A DNA stretch of 61,095 bases from a virus (lineage: Duplodnaviria > Caudoviricetes): positions 1 to 61,095 of IMG/VR virus record IMGVR_UViG_3300048881_000441; one strand, written 5' to 3'. Every line of letters starts with the position of its first letter. The first letter of the stretch is position 1. Both the position numbers and the translations under genes were made by a program. Positions 35,401 to 44,739 of the stretch are shown one piece after another. The notes beneath the pieces were generated by a model. That model did no database searches and was not told the DNA's origin. It was given only the letters and a program-made list of their open reading frames with translations.

Positions 35401-36788
35401 CACGGGTCTGTATGTGCTTGAAATCTTAATAACTCTCCTGCTGCACCTTTTAAATAACAACTATACGTCATTGTAAATTCTTCTGCTATTACTCCAGGAG
35501 GTAGTGCAAAATATGGGATTGTTTGAAAATTCATATTACCATGCACTGCGGATGATTGTGCTAACGGAGTACTTTCACTATAAGCACCACCACCCTCTGT
35601 CCTTAGAGTATTTAAGTATGTTGTGTCATTATTTATAGGATTTTGAAATGTTGCTTTAATTGCAAACTGTCCGGATGGATTTGGCTCTAGCACGCTCTCA
35701 AGTCTAAGTGCCTTCTTATCATCAACTTCTACAGGGTTGCCACTAAAAACTATTACTCCATCATTTGGCCAATTGCCACCACTTCTCCAACCAAATAACG
35801 AATCCATTGTCCTACCATGAAGCAAATTAGGGGTTAGTTGAAAAATATCTGTTGACGGCTCAAATGTTTCTACGTCTCTGATCTCATCAATTATTCTTTT
35901 GCCTATGAAATAAGCATTGTTAATTCTAATAGTGCCGTTCATAAAAGTCATTGGCATATTTTTTCCAGTGGCAAATGAAAGCATATTAGAATTTGCTTGG
36001 CCAAATACTGCATTTGGTGCTGGATCTTCATCTGGAAACCAATTTATACAATTATATGCTGCAACTCTAAAATCTTCTAAATATGATTCATCATCAATAA
36101 ATGCGGGGGAAAGAATAACTTCAGTTCTGTCGCCGGAAATAGATTGTAAAATAAACTTATTCTCTTTGACAAATAACTTTTCTCCTTCAGCTGTACCTGA
36201 CTCTATATCATCTTGAGAAGCATAAAAATATTTATTAGGCGCTTGTTCATAGTTGCCATTAAATATTTTATCATTTTCATTTACTAATATCGGAAAAGGA
36301 CTACCCGCTTGCAATCTTAGAAAATCAAACTTAACTGAAAATCTACCTCTTCTAAAACCAAGCTCACGTAGCATATTACCTGCATTTATTTTTATAATAG
36401 CAGGACTACCTGGCATATCTGTAGAAGTGAATGAATTAATTTTATCATTCGTAAAATATTTAGATGAAATTAATCCACCATCATTACCGTATACACATAC
36501 TCTAATTAAGTCCCCATTATCTGCACCAAACGCGACGTCAGGCCATTTAATAGAGCTATATGGTTCATTTTTTAATTGGTCGTAAAACTTAACATCTCTA
36601 AATGGTGCATAATCAAGAGTATCTGGTAATCTTATAAGATTGTAAATCTTCTCAGGTATATCTACATCTCTATTTAACTTTTGATCTACTAAGCTATAAT
36701 TTAAATTTATATCTATCGCGTCAAGTTTTGAGATTGACGGGGCTGATAATGTTTCATCTTCATTAATATATGATGTGTTGGCTGCCAT
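29457..36788 (-). CDS. Giant baseplate wedge/tail protein, 2443 aa
   Basis: NRLVNLLPEHI...MMGHHYD...KSKGTKQSLKSLIAAYG (P2 gpI-like wedge segment); LamG-like WYLGG...FSGSMMEFRYW; CBM-like segments (GEWERQSFTFT...AQLEAG). Confidence 0.75.
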   Translation of the reverse strand: MAANTSYINEDETLSAPSISKLDAIDINLNYSLVDQKLNRDVDIPEKIYNLIRLPDTLDYAPFRDVKFYDQLKNEPYSSIKWPDVAFGADNGDLIRVCVYGNDGGLISSKYFTNDKINSFTSTDMPGSPAIIKINAGNMLRELGFRRGRFSVKFDFLRLQAGSPFPILVNENDKIFNGNYEQAPNKYFYASQDDIESGTAEGEKLFVKENKFILQSISGDRTEVILSPAFIDDESYLEDFRVAAYNCINWFPDEDPAPNAVFGQANSNMLSFATGKNMPMTFMNGTIRINNAYFIGKRIIDEIRDVETFEPSTDIFQLTPNLLHGRTMDSLFGWRSGGNWPNDGVIVFSGNPVEVDDKKALRLESVLEPNPSGQFAIKATFQNPINNDTTYLNTLRTEGGGAYSESTPLAQSSAVHGNMNFQTIPYFALPPGVIAEEFTMTYSCYLKGAAGELLRFQAHTDPWGRSGTTKYSPWFLMTGEWERQSFTFTLSDTNLSQKMMMRIIWEPNGIWDPFDMSNVNVHSILAAGAQLEAGTVVTPFHRAGSGDELTVEQAVDTILKFDDPDGKIIIGELTDGDAFTPLMLGGKLTINKAHPVLDLSSAFTISEIDTENIYEWDMIAANGPAGNTTQGGELLAAYEYSQLKRDAGGDPLLYPFPDEALNAQSIRTTNDMGIRRWGSGISSLSWSGWYVGTADVGYHAQWRAGKGVNGGVAMCFPDLNYQDYIFDQIVSARRAAGNAFGREMPSEDILANKSVYAHRNLGIHSIDNPRDGMSGIGSLGSYGVRSGDKIKISWMQKSDPIDFEQGGRKGLWVGLNHWTSMDLAPPDPLAVTDSDVWEEDNAFHLYYGGEDDFGVFYEDYSTSGGFINRMPTHLEPVGDQWGTELATDFLQTYGYEGSSAVGYGGWYTTDEGTLSESEAFKWYFVRVHEFGGYWTTARLEAAQWPGEDDMSPNAFRTKGVVGGRTLLISEDWYPSYDDYPTNTNISSDGIFKWSRELADWVTISDGGSIDWATQYEVEGDNVTLYKRSYRTEALNSGPSAIYHPICEEYNQWEKVGFEIEITDFFALDMNVFIETRGHYGSFGTIWVDQFEITIIKSSLLRPEVQENAVLDNLEFTITNIFDENRIQVDKTYAEASAEQGGIESSYSINKYSSFSTGFSVDYITKPSGSDNIYARYEGKILDVQNDSETQKKLVLNKTYEEYGNEIGAVMTGPDAINLQTAIFDDYFVRYRSKDADNLYTYLITNDHSKSLIVNFKPTKSEVYPGSIAYKLMKPLDAGITPLDTVFIAEEVTPTLREKIDLNPFIEEKLPDTVLRQPNWTDVNIPIRDRSTAYKSHTDLIGNEKGVKNKLEDRILSGSLEDAKINIDYSQYENFIHFSSIEKRINNFKTKITNIEQYTTNSASLCGTGTTTGYLGNVAGTAVSASGTEVIKWETSTRKVINEFDDFENYMYFQSSTYITSSMGEFYANTFPKSSGDGTLTNPYKLYSVTSSAFITWYDSSIAKARLYDRNNRNRLVNLLPEHINTDKENIEFLHFMDMMGHHYDIIWTHIKALSDVHDRSEDVTKGISQALVEPVAKSLGFNMIEGRDLVSLPQYHLGLAESGSRTGIYNIRYTKKSQKDVTREIWNRILATMPYMLKSKGTKQSLKSLIAAYGIPTSILRIQEYGGPRPTGKPDFEIKKKFTKALDFKGGQSIQVPWYHTSKEKAPDTIEMRFKVAKESNQILANKLDNSGKTEAAIYLKTTVGSPISSVTMDAVGSDYLPLETWVTFSGGGGTGATGTPTVNPTNGRITGIIVTNGGFGYTSVPTITIHQNIPDGSGAIATAVLGPADQAIDGKGQINFFVSGSDSVQSMSITDQGIYNNEYWSLMVRRRTGSMDDSYTDQYFDNDLSATTQSFDMFLGYYDAGMDRIKIKESGSMTVSGSTLSGWYTTGSATANRWYLGGNADGSIGEQFSGSMMEFRYWSTPLKEDAFWNHVAAPKAVNGNNPSSSYYDLSFRLSMDDYINLNSSPKGLRDYTFTDGQIYVTGSGFADEINFSNVSDRQKAFVPKIGFGSQANKIRLESAQLKTQDGAPAQLSPTERVEISSFDNAGLDSNKLGIFFAPTDVINEDIMLSLADLDFGSYLGDPRDMYEDRYTHGKLDGITDTYWKKWTTQSSFWDYIKLIKYYDLSLFDHIRKLSPARAKKNIGLLIESHLLERPKVVMGAPPIFTDIAKTAEINAIYPEPTGLNNYSSATASVVPIFESSYEFRTGVVYDTSLESKITSSQHDYATIALQSAGLIKSSRDEYETQKFNSELGPMTYMPTLKGLNKDPLDDPLSEARDYIDSKVYMGGGAAVFFENFQPMVTGSKKSSFNQETIPFYSSSLSASLGLAYSSSLVASEYESVYNSHTGLFRLAYEGCKNDGAKSPDGVFQAVEIYETNPYSVTVDKKGGNSNLTVDLSGE

Positions 36789-36790
36789 GT

Positions 36791-37090
36791 TTAAAACTCT
36801 TTAAAATCTCTATCAAAAATATCTTTCGTTTTTATTTTTGTACGGTACCTCCTTCTGTACAATTCAACGTGTAGTTTTTGATTTGGGTTAGCGTGTGATG
36901 TACCATCAGAAATCTTTTCGTATAATTGAATTACATTAGCAGAATTTCTAAGTGTATCCCAAAATTTCCCTCCACGATTGCGAAAAGCTTCGTCAGTATC
37001 ATCAAAGTTTTGATTATACTTAACTTCATCTCGTGCTGACAAAGATGTGTAATGTTCATTTGATTCCAATTCTTTTTTTGAATAAGGCAT
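36791..37090 (-). CDS. Hypothetical virion-cluster protein
   Basis: Coupled ORF inside the baseplate operon. Confidence 0.7.
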   Translation of the reverse strand: MPYSKKELESNEHYTSLSARDEVKYNQNFDDTDEAFRNRGGKFWDTLRNSANVIQLYEKISDGTSHANPNQKLHVELYRRRYRTKIKTKDIFDRDFKEF

Positions 37091-38187
37091 TATCTTACAA
37101 CCTTAAATTGATGTCGACCATCATAATATTGTACTGTTTTATTTATACCTGATCCTGATTCAATTTTAAATTCTATTCTATAAAATCTTTCAGGTTGTAT
37201 ACCTGCTGTTCTTAATTTAAAATAATTTCCGCTAGCATCACAACTTAGTTTAGATCCTGAATCATAAGGCACTATTACATCTTCTGTTTTATCATCTATT
37301 ATAGAATAAAATGATGACGCGCTTGGTAAAGTATTGACTGCCAAATACTCTGATGTTGCTGAATAAGTCTTAGCAGGATACTTTTCTCTTCCTTTAACTC
37401 TGATATTTGTTAACGTACCAACCTTGTATTCATGATTAAAATTTTCTAAACTAATTTTAAGTTGATCAAGTTGTGCAGATGTAAGAGATGTTAGTGATCC
37501 TGTATTCCATGTTGAATCATCCCAAACTGCTTCTAATTTTGGAGGAAATACTGTATGAGTATCAGAAGAAAAGAATTTATACATCCCATAATCTATGCTG
37601 CTAGTTTCTTCAGTACTATCTCTTTTAATAAGAAAGCCATCATTACTTATGCTTCCGCTTATCCAACTATTAACAATTCCCGTCACATCAAATCTTGGAT
37701 CAAACGATTTATTTTTATCAAAAGTATATGAGCTGGAGCTAGCTTCATACCAAGTACCGCCCAAATGAGCATCAACAGTTGCCCACTTAGATTCTGTGCT
37801 AGCTGTTCTATATTTCCATGACACACCATCTTGAGTTTGCGGAACATTGATCAATTTACCTGTTCCTTCTGACCAACTTTGAGATACTGCATTAGCATAT
37901 ATTGTTGTTGGATCTTTTACTTCAGTAGCGCCTGCATCATATAAATTCAAATAAAATTTTACATCAGACCCTATTTCTCCATTTACAACAGACTTAGAAA
38001 TCTCTGTTAATGGAAATTGAATTAATGCTCTGCATATTGATTTAAATTGTGTAGAGTCGTCTTTAAATGTTTTTCCAACTTCAAGTATCTCATCTTTCCC
38101 TTGGTTCTTTAAACTGTCAGTGCCGCTAATGTCACTTCCTCTTAACAGCGTTGCATCTTTATCAGCAAAAATATAATAATGGGCCAT
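37090..38187 (-). CDS. Structural beta-sandwich protein (DNRLRE-like pattern)
   Basis: DKDATL...RALIQF...SWSEG...FDVTGIVNSWI...NDGFLIK...FFSSD...PKLE. Confidence 0.6.
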   Translation of the reverse strand: MAHYYIFADKDATLLRGSDISGTDSLKNQGKDEILEVGKTFKDDSTQFKSICRALIQFPLTEISKSVVNGEIGSDVKFYLNLYDAGATEVKDPTTIYANAVSQSWSEGTGKLINVPQTQDGVSWKYRTASTESKWATVDAHLGGTWYEASSSSYTFDKNKSFDPRFDVTGIVNSWISGSISNDGFLIKRDSTEETSSIDYGMYKFFSSDTHTVFPPKLEAVWDDSTWNTGSLTSLTSAQLDQLKISLENFNHEYKVGTLTNIRVKGREKYPAKTYSATSEYLAVNTLPSASSFYSIIDDKTEDVIVPYDSGSKLSCDASGNYFKLRTAGIQPERFYRIEFKIESGSGINKTVQYYDGRHQFKVVR

Positions 38188-40184
38188 TAATAATCTCCCA
38201 AAACTTTACCAACAATATCTATATTTGGAAACCTAACTTCAAATATAGAAGGATCAAGAGATGGATAAAGAATATCTTTAGAAGTTGCAGCTTTAACATT
38301 ATAGATATTTCCTGAATAGCCGTTTTCTTTTTTAAATTTATTTGTAATAACAATCGTATCCTTATCAGGATTGTCATCAATTGGCGGAACTACATTATTA
38401 ACACCTTCAACCAATGATATTTGATATGCGATGTCTTGTAAAATAATTGGCTGATTTACTTGCCATCTATCTATATCAAAATAATCTTTAACTTTTTGTA
38501 TGCACTTCAATAGTATTTCATTTTTGTTATGACCCTTTTTGACATACAACGAAAATCTAACACCTAAGTTAATAACATAAGCATCCTTAATATTGATCGC
38601 ATCTGTTAAGATTCTATACGGCCCAAGATAAGATTTTATATTTCGCTTTGTTGCTTCATTTACTTGAGTTAGTTTTTTGTTATGATCGTATCCTAAAACA
38701 TAAAAATTAAGTGCCATCGGATTTTTCACACGGCCAGCTTCCCCCACAAGATCTGCTATAGAAACTTCTCCTCCTAACTTTTCTAATGTTGGCATATCAA
38801 TGATGCCATCTTGAATTATACCTTGACCAACTTCTAATTGATCATCTTGAGTAATATAAACTTTTTGAATATTACCATACTTAGCAGGTAAATTATAAAT
38901 TCTAGTAATATAATCTTCTTTTGAAACAGCTCTATTTTGTGCTTGAAAATATTGTTTTGTATTTTCTTTTATTTCTATTAATGTTTCTTCACCTCTTCCA
39001 CCTGTTGCAGGAATAGAATTTGTCACAGCAAGAGAAGCTTCTGTTTCTCCTAGTAATCCTGCGTCTAAGCCTGATGCGGCTACTGTTTTATCAACGCCTG
39101 ACAATGATGTTATTGATCCAGCAGGTACGTTTGCTTCTACTCCCCCACCATAAGAATATTGTATTGTTAGTGTTGTATTAGAAGGTGCTGTGCCATAAAC
39201 AGATGTATTTAAAAAATTTGATGGATCCAAAGCTGCTGCATTATTTAAGTAATTTGTATTTGTAAAACTACTTCCAACCTGTGATGGATTTGGAATTATT
39301 TCTTCATCTGTAGAATTTGATGTTCCAGACCCAAATTGTAATTGTGTTTTTCCCTCTATTGTAATTCTTGTTTTAAATCTATTATTTGTTCTAGTTTGTT
39401 TAAGCAAGTATGGAGTGGTATCATTATATCCAGCTAAATTAGGATCATTTGTAGCAGTATTTGCTATACTCTCAAATATCAAATCTTGTGCTAATGATTC
39501 AACTTCATGCCACTTATTGCCATTTGAATCTATTACGGAAATAACTTCTAACACTCCCTTATTAGATAATGAAATTCTATCATATGCCTTTGCAGTAGAA
39601 AATGCGAATTGCTCTGTAGTTATTGTGCCACTTACAGCTCTTACTGATTTTTTCAAAAGAAATTTTGTAGGAGAGCTATCATTAATGTCATATATCTCAA
39701 TAGTTGTAGGATCTAAAGAACTAGAAAATGCAAAATTAATTTGATCTAAAGTTCTAAAAGTCTTTGAATACTGACTAGATTCTACAAGGCTTCCTGCATT
39801 GATTGTGTATGCATAATCATAATTTGGTTTTGCACCATCACCTGTGCCCGTAGCAGGCACTGTTTGAAAAAAATCTAATTTTGTAGTTGATGGTGTAGCA
39901 ATTGTTGGCTTATACCCGTATGATTGTGCAATATCATATATTGTTTTCTTCTCTTCTGCGTATGCAAGAAGTGATTCTCTAAATTGTTCATCAACATAAA
40001 ATGATAAAACATCACCAACATATGATGCCATTTCTATAAACATCATTCCAGGAGATGCTTCATTAAAATCAGCATATGAATTTGGAAAATATGCCTTAGC
40101 ATACTCTACTAAGTCTGATTTGAAATTATTAAAATTTTTATTTAAATAATTAACTTGTTTTGGCTGTAATTTTGTGCTTGCCAT
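38187..40184 (-). CDS. Baseplate wedge subunit (T4 gp6 / baseplate J-like)
   Basis: YLNKNFNNFKSDL...DFNEASPGMMFIE...ATGGRGEET...QNRAVSKEDY. Confidence 0.88.
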   Translation of the reverse strand: MASTKLQPKQVNYLNKNFNNFKSDLVEYAKAYFPNSYADFNEASPGMMFIEMASYVGDVLSFYVDEQFRESLLAYAEEKKTIYDIAQSYGYKPTIATPSTTKLDFFQTVPATGTGDGAKPNYDYAYTINAGSLVESSQYSKTFRTLDQINFAFSSSLDPTTIEIYDINDSSPTKFLLKKSVRAVSGTITTEQFAFSTAKAYDRISLSNKGVLEVISVIDSNGNKWHEVESLAQDLIFESIANTATNDPNLAGYNDTTPYLLKQTRTNNRFKTRITIEGKTQLQFGSGTSNSTDEEIIPNPSQVGSSFTNTNYLNNAAALDPSNFLNTSVYGTAPSNTTLTIQYSYGGGVEANVPAGSITSLSGVDKTVAASGLDAGLLGETEASLAVTNSIPATGGRGEETLIEIKENTKQYFQAQNRAVSKEDYITRIYNLPAKYGNIQKVYITQDDQLEVGQGIIQDGIIDMPTLEKLGGEVSIADLVGEAGRVKNPMALNFYVLGYDHNKKLTQVNEATKRNIKSYLGPYRILTDAINIKDAYVINLGVRFSLYVKKGHNKNEILLKCIQKVKDYFDIDRWQVNQPIILQDIAYQISLVEGVNNVVPPIDDNPDKDTIVITNKFKKENGYSGNIYNVKAATSKDILYPSLDPSIFEVRFPNIDIVGKVLGDY

Positions 40185-40185
40185 T

Positions 40186-40623
40186 TTATACTGTGTTCCT
40201 TGCTATGCGTAAAGAAATTGAGTCTGTTGAATTGTGACTATTTTCGATTTCATACGATAATGATATATGCAAATAATTGTTGTCTTCTTGTGCATCGATA
40301 ATTAAATTAATAATGTGTACGTGGGGTAACCATATTGATACTGCATCATTAATCTCTCCTGCTAATTTTTCCTCTAGAGAAGGATCAAAATTCTCAAATA
40401 ATAAATTAAAAATATTGCTTCCAAATTCTGGCTGCCCTAATCTTTCGCCTTTGACTGTCAAAAGTAAATTTTTTAAATTTGTTTTTGTTTGCTCAAGTAT
40501 AGTTGATGAAGATGCAAAGAAACCATCTTTAGAATTCCGTATTGGAAATACAATTCCAATTTTAGAATCCGGATCCCTGTCTCTTGCTCTAGATGACGCA
40601 GTTCTTGGATTTTCCAGTGCCAT
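40186..40623 (-). CDS. Baseplate wedge protein gp25/GPW family
   Basis: NLKNLLLTVKGERLGQPEFGSNIFNLLFE...WLP. Confidence 0.92.
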   Translation of the reverse strand: MALENPRTASSRARDRDPDSKIGIVFPIRNSKDGFFASSSTILEQTKTNLKNLLLTVKGERLGQPEFGSNIFNLLFENFDPSLEEKLAGEINDAVSIWLPHVHIINLIIDAQEDNNYLHISLSYEIENSHNSTDSISLRIARNTV

Positions 40624-41099
40624 TATACAATTTTACCTTTACCGCTGTTTTTACTTAATTGTGAAGTCATTTCATTTGTAACTGGTTGAAATGATCCACC
40701 AAGCTGAGTTGCTCTTGCCCTTGTAGTTAAATATCTTTGTCCTGAATTAGTGACAATAATTCCAATTTCCAAACTATTTTCAAGATCGTTTATTAATATA
40801 GTTTTTTCTTCGATCGATATATTAGAATTAAATAGATCTTGTAAAGTACTAATTAGCGGTGCAAAAGAATTTTGTTCCATTAGCGGAACAGAAGATAAAC
40901 CTCCACCATCACCACCGCCCATAACAACATCAGCTTGTGATACATAGTCATGAAAGTCTTTAGCTTCTCTTTGAGCCTGCTCAACATTCTGTTTCATTTC
41001 TTGAATCTTGGGCTTTGTTTTAAGAAATTTATTTTTAGCTGTGTGCTCGTTTTTTCTATTAGCTATATTTCTTGCAAGTCTACTAACTTCTAGTGCCAT
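40623..41099 (-). CDS. Hypothetical protein
   Basis: Coupled ORF in the baseplate operon. Confidence 0.65.
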   Translation of the reverse strand: MALEVSRLARNIANRKNEHTAKNKFLKTKPKIQEMKQNVEQAQREAKDFHDYVSQADVVMGGGDGGGLSSVPLMEQNSFAPLISTLQDLFNSNISIEEKTILINDLENSLEIGIIVTNSGQRYLTTRARATQLGGSFQPVTNEMTSQLSKNSGKGKIV

Positions 41100-41523
41100 G
41101 TTTCCTCTCTATTGCTTTTACTACTTTTGCTGAATGTCCACTAAAAGCTTTTTTTAAAAACTCCGGTGTATCAGAAGAAAACGTTCGTTCCGCTCCGGTA
41201 GCAGCTGTTTCTAATACTGCTTTTTGTTCATAGAATTTCTCTGGTGAATCAATTGCGCCGCCACCCATAGTAGGATATGCCTCAAACTCTTCACCTGTAG
41301 ATATTCCGCCTTTCGTTTCATTTAAAATTTTATTTAAAACTGGATCCTTAGCAAGTTGTTGATTGTTTGGTTCGTTGCCAGTGTAATGATCAGCTGCATC
41401 AGCTTCTGATATTACTGCTGGATTTCTCATTTCCTCAATAACAATATTGATTTGTTTGGCAACTTCTTTTTCTACCATTTCTTTTACCACCTTTTTAAGT
41501 GCCATTATTGTATTTGCTTTCAT
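41083..41523 (-). CDS. Hypothetical protein
   Basis: RBS GAGG; LKKVVKEMVEKEV...LNKILNETK. Confidence 0.7.
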   Translation of the reverse strand: MKANTIMALKKVVKEMVEKEVAKQINIVIEEMRNPAVISEADAADHYTGNEPNNQQLAKDPVLNKILNETKGGISTGEEFEAYPTMGGGAIDSPEKFYEQKAVLETAATGAERTFSSDTPEFLKKAFSGHSAKVVKAIERKHGTRS

Positions 41524-41547
41524 TTGTGTGACCTCTTTTTTTCCTTA

Positions 41548-43071
41548 TTAACTATAATTTGCTGTTTTTGTAAAATCATCTAGCTCAGTTAGACATTCAC
41601 TTAAATCGAGAATTTGTGAGTCTAGCATTGCATCAATTTGATCTTCATTTAAATCTGCATTATCAGAATTTCCCATGCCACCTTCTCCACCAACAGACCA
41701 ATCTCCTTCATTTGCATCGTATGGTATTACTGCAGGAGCTGTTAATGTTGAACCTCCTGGTCCTATTGCTTGACCGCTACTAAGTTCATCACCAGCATTT
41801 AAAGCCATAGCTGGAGGAAAATAATCATTTCCCATATCAGGGAATCCAAGATCCGGAGCTAAGTTAGCGTCTAAATTTGGTAGTCCACCTCCACTACCGG
41901 AGCCATCACCACCGGAGCCACTACCATCACCGCCGGCATTACTAGCATCTCCCAAATCTCCTAATCGTCTATCTACATAAACTCCACCTAATGCCTCACA
42001 CTCTTCTTTATTTAAACCAGCTGCTGCTCCTCGATTCATTGCACATTGTGAGATAATTTTTTGCAATAAAGCAATCAATTGTGGTAGTATTTTTGATGCG
42101 TCAGTCATACTTTTAACAGCCATTTCAATTAATGCAGGAATCCCCATTATCATTTGGAGTGCCAGTAATAAGACTTGCACTGCCTTTAATGGAGCAAATA
42201 ACCACATTAAAAGTTTTAGTGCCTTCTTCATTTTTTTAATTATCTTAGAAATTTTAGCCATAACAGCATTAATTCTAGCAATTGCTGCTACAACTCTTTG
42301 CATTATTTCTATCAGTTTAGAAACATCAGGTAATAATTCGCAGGCTTTATCAGGATCCATGTCTACTAATGCTACTAAATTTTGTGTCTTTGCAATAAAT
42401 TTTCCTGTAAGTTGCATGAGCTCATTTATTCTTTTCTGAATATCCACCCACCAAGACATATCAAGACCAGGAATATCTAATTCTAAGTCTAATTCATCTA
42501 ACATATCTTCTAATCTAGTTTGTCCTGGTGGGGATGTACCTGCTAACTCTTGCAAACTACAGTAAGCATCATCATCATCTTCGCCACTTGGGGAAACAAC
42601 TGCACCATCACTTGATACAGAAGAATTTGTATCGCTTACTGTGTACGGTGCATACTTCTCTTGGCCGGTCCCATCTGTTATTTTCCCATTTATAATGAGA
42701 TCGCCTACTTTTAATTCTGTTCCAGGTGCGTATACTCTTGCCTCAGCGCCCATCCCTTGATGAATAACATCAACACCCTCAGCATTTGCTGTAAAGCCGT
42801 CTTCTACTACAAAATCCCCCGGGCCTAATACTGTGCCTATAGGAAACATTTGCTCCATATTTAAGTCTATACCAAATACTTGTGCTGCTACTTGATTTTG
42901 TGCCAATTCAGCATCTGATAAACTTGTACCGGAGCCTGTGCCATCAGATCCTGCCCATGTGCCACCAGTTTTTGTTGCTGATCCGCCGGTAATCTGATCA
43001 CCCATCAATAAACTAGAATCTGCTTGAAGGTGTCTTTTAATTGTTGTAATATTTTTACAGTCTAGTGGCAT
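41548..43071 (-). CDS. Hypothetical structural protein with long amphipathic/hydrophobic helices and acidic Gly-rich flanks
   Basis: 507-aa ORF coupled to the gp5-like gene. Confidence 0.65.
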   Translation of the reverse strand: MPLDCKNITTIKRHLQADSSLLMGDQITGGSATKTGGTWAGSDGTGSGTSLSDAELAQNQVAAQVFGIDLNMEQMFPIGTVLGPGDFVVEDGFTANAEGVDVIHQGMGAEARVYAPGTELKVGDLIINGKITDGTGQEKYAPYTVSDTNSSVSSDGAVVSPSGEDDDDAYCSLQELAGTSPPGQTRLEDMLDELDLELDIPGLDMSWWVDIQKRINELMQLTGKFIAKTQNLVALVDMDPDKACELLPDVSKLIEIMQRVVAAIARINAVMAKISKIIKKMKKALKLLMWLFAPLKAVQVLLLALQMIMGIPALIEMAVKSMTDASKILPQLIALLQKIISQCAMNRGAAAGLNKEECEALGGVYVDRRLGDLGDASNAGGDGSGSGGDGSGSGGGLPNLDANLAPDLGFPDMGNDYFPPAMALNAGDELSSGQAIGPGGSTLTAPAVIPYDANEGDWSVGGEGGMGNSDNADLNEDQIDAMLDSQILDLSECLTELDDFTKTANYS

Positions 43072-44309
43072 TATAATTCAGGTCTCACTTTTTGAGATAC
43101 TTTAATATTCTTACTTAATAGTAGATTCCCAATACTTTCTTTTGTTGTAGCTGATGTCCATCCGCCTAACTTATTACCTGCAGCCATTGCCGCTGGCAAC
43201 ACCACAACACCTCCAACGTTACCAATACCGGTAAGGCTCCCTAAATCTTTTGCTAAGTTATCTAATCTTTCAATTAGTTGGGATAGAAAAGTTACTAAAC
43301 TCTCACCTAATACTGCTGATTGTAAATTATCATTATTAGTATCTCCTAACTTTACCATTTCACCAATAATATTTGTATTTAATTTAGAAATAATATTCAC
43401 TGTATTACCTGAAAATATATCTATTTGACCTGTAGTCGTACTTTCTTTTGTATTAAATATTATTCTATCAGAATCAAGAATAATTGCAGCTGCTCCAGCT
43501 GTTGTCCAATTAGTTATATTATCAACCTTTGGTGTAACTTTAAACTTAATATCTTCAGATCTTGTCATATAAAGTGATGCTTTATCAGTATCAATATCTT
43601 CTACTCTTGTTGATCCATCCGGGATTTCTGTGGTTGGCTTTGATTCATGAGAAATTCTCATTTTAATTACAGCATTGTTCGCGCTTAGTTCCTTGCTACC
43701 TCTTGCAGCACTTGTATGATAGTCCATCCCCAATCTTATTGACTGATCATTTCTACCATTTAGCGCCCAATCTCCTGGATATTGTGTGACCGGTCTTGGA
43801 TTTTTTTGATAATCAAATCCCCCAAGATAATCAAAAACAGCATCTTCATTAACTTTCTGCGGTGTACTTCCATCCTTTTCAAATCCTGCCATTATATTAT
43901 GATTTATGCTATTACTAAAATTTAGTGGCTGAAAATAAAAAGTTTTGCCACCATAATTAATAATATTTACCATCTCTCCAACAATAGGATATGATCTAAC
44001 TTGCGCATCTAAAGGTCTAATCCAACTATTTGCAGGTGACTGTGGAAATCCTACTTCTGGTAATGCTACCTTAATACAACCAATATGGCTAACATCCTTA
44101 CCCTCAAGATCATCTTCATTATAAATTACTTGTGTAACAGACGCTATTATTGTTTGTAATGAAACCATTGCTGCTTCATCAATGAAATGTTGCACAATTG
44201 CTTTTACTCTGAGTTCAGTTGCACCTCTATCAGTTAGTTGCATCGTGCTGTTCGAGTCCGTATTTGCCTTAACTAAAACAACACCGGAGGTGTTTAATGC
44301 ATCGGTCAT
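43071..44309 (-). CDS. Baseplate hub/central spike (gp5/gpV-like)
   Basis: OB-fold-like IGCIKV...YPIVGEMV; GDWALNGRNDQSIRLG; VKLG...AVLGESL. Confidence 0.65.
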   Translation of the reverse strand: MTDALNTSGVVLVKANTDSNSTMQLTDRGATELRVKAIVQHFIDEAAMVSLQTIIASVTQVIYNEDDLEGKDVSHIGCIKVALPEVGFPQSPANSWIRPLDAQVRSYPIVGEMVNIINYGGKTFYFQPLNFSNSINHNIMAGFEKDGSTPQKVNEDAVFDYLGGFDYQKNPRPVTQYPGDWALNGRNDQSIRLGMDYHTSAARGSKELSANNAVIKMRISHESKPTTEIPDGSTRVEDIDTDKASLYMTRSEDIKFKVTPKVDNITNWTTAGAAAIILDSDRIIFNTKESTTTGQIDIFSGNTVNIISKLNTNIIGEMVKLGDTNNDNLQSAVLGESLVTFLSQLIERLDNLAKDLGSLTGIGNVGGVVVLPAAMAAGNKLGGWTSATTKESIGNLLLSKNIKVSQKVRPEL

Positions 44310-44333
44310 AATCTAGCTCCTGACGATATTATA

Positions 44334-44708
44334 TTATGTTATGTTTAAATTAATGTCGTCTACTTCTTTTTGTAAATCTTTTGTAGCTTCTTCCAATTTA
44401 CCAATGATTTGTTCTTTTTCTACATCAGATAAACCAAACTCACCATCTGAAGATTTTGACTCCATTTGAATAACCCTTTGAACAACTGCTGCTAACTTAA
44501 CTAGTACTTCATCATTCCGTATGTTTGCTTCCATATAATCACTAATCATAGGAAATAATTGCATAGCAGAATTTGGGTCTTTAATATAAGTCATCAATTC
44601 CTGTATCAAAGTTTCAATTTGAATCTTATTTCGGTTGGAATTGTGGTCGATCTTCTTAAAAAGATCAGCTAGGGAAGTTCCCTTAAATAATTCATAATCA
44701 GCAGACAT
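44334..44708 (-). CDS. Hypothetical helical protein
   Basis: AAGGA RBS and ATATTTAT motif upstream. Confidence 0.7.
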   Translation of the reverse strand: MSADYELFKGTSLADLFKKIDHNSNRNKIQIETLIQELMTYIKDPNSAMQLFPMISDYMEANIRNDEVLVKLAAVVQRVIQMESKSSDGEFGLSDVEKEQIIGKLEEATKDLQKEVDDINLNIT

Positions 44709-44725
44709 AAAAACATCCTTTGATT

Positions 44726-44733
44726 ATAAATAT
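44726..44733 (-). promoter_or_regulatory. Putative late promoter motif ATATTTAT
   Basis: ~18 nt upstream of ATG 44708, at the head of the baseplate operon. Confidence 0.6.
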
Positions 44734-44739
44734 AGAGAA

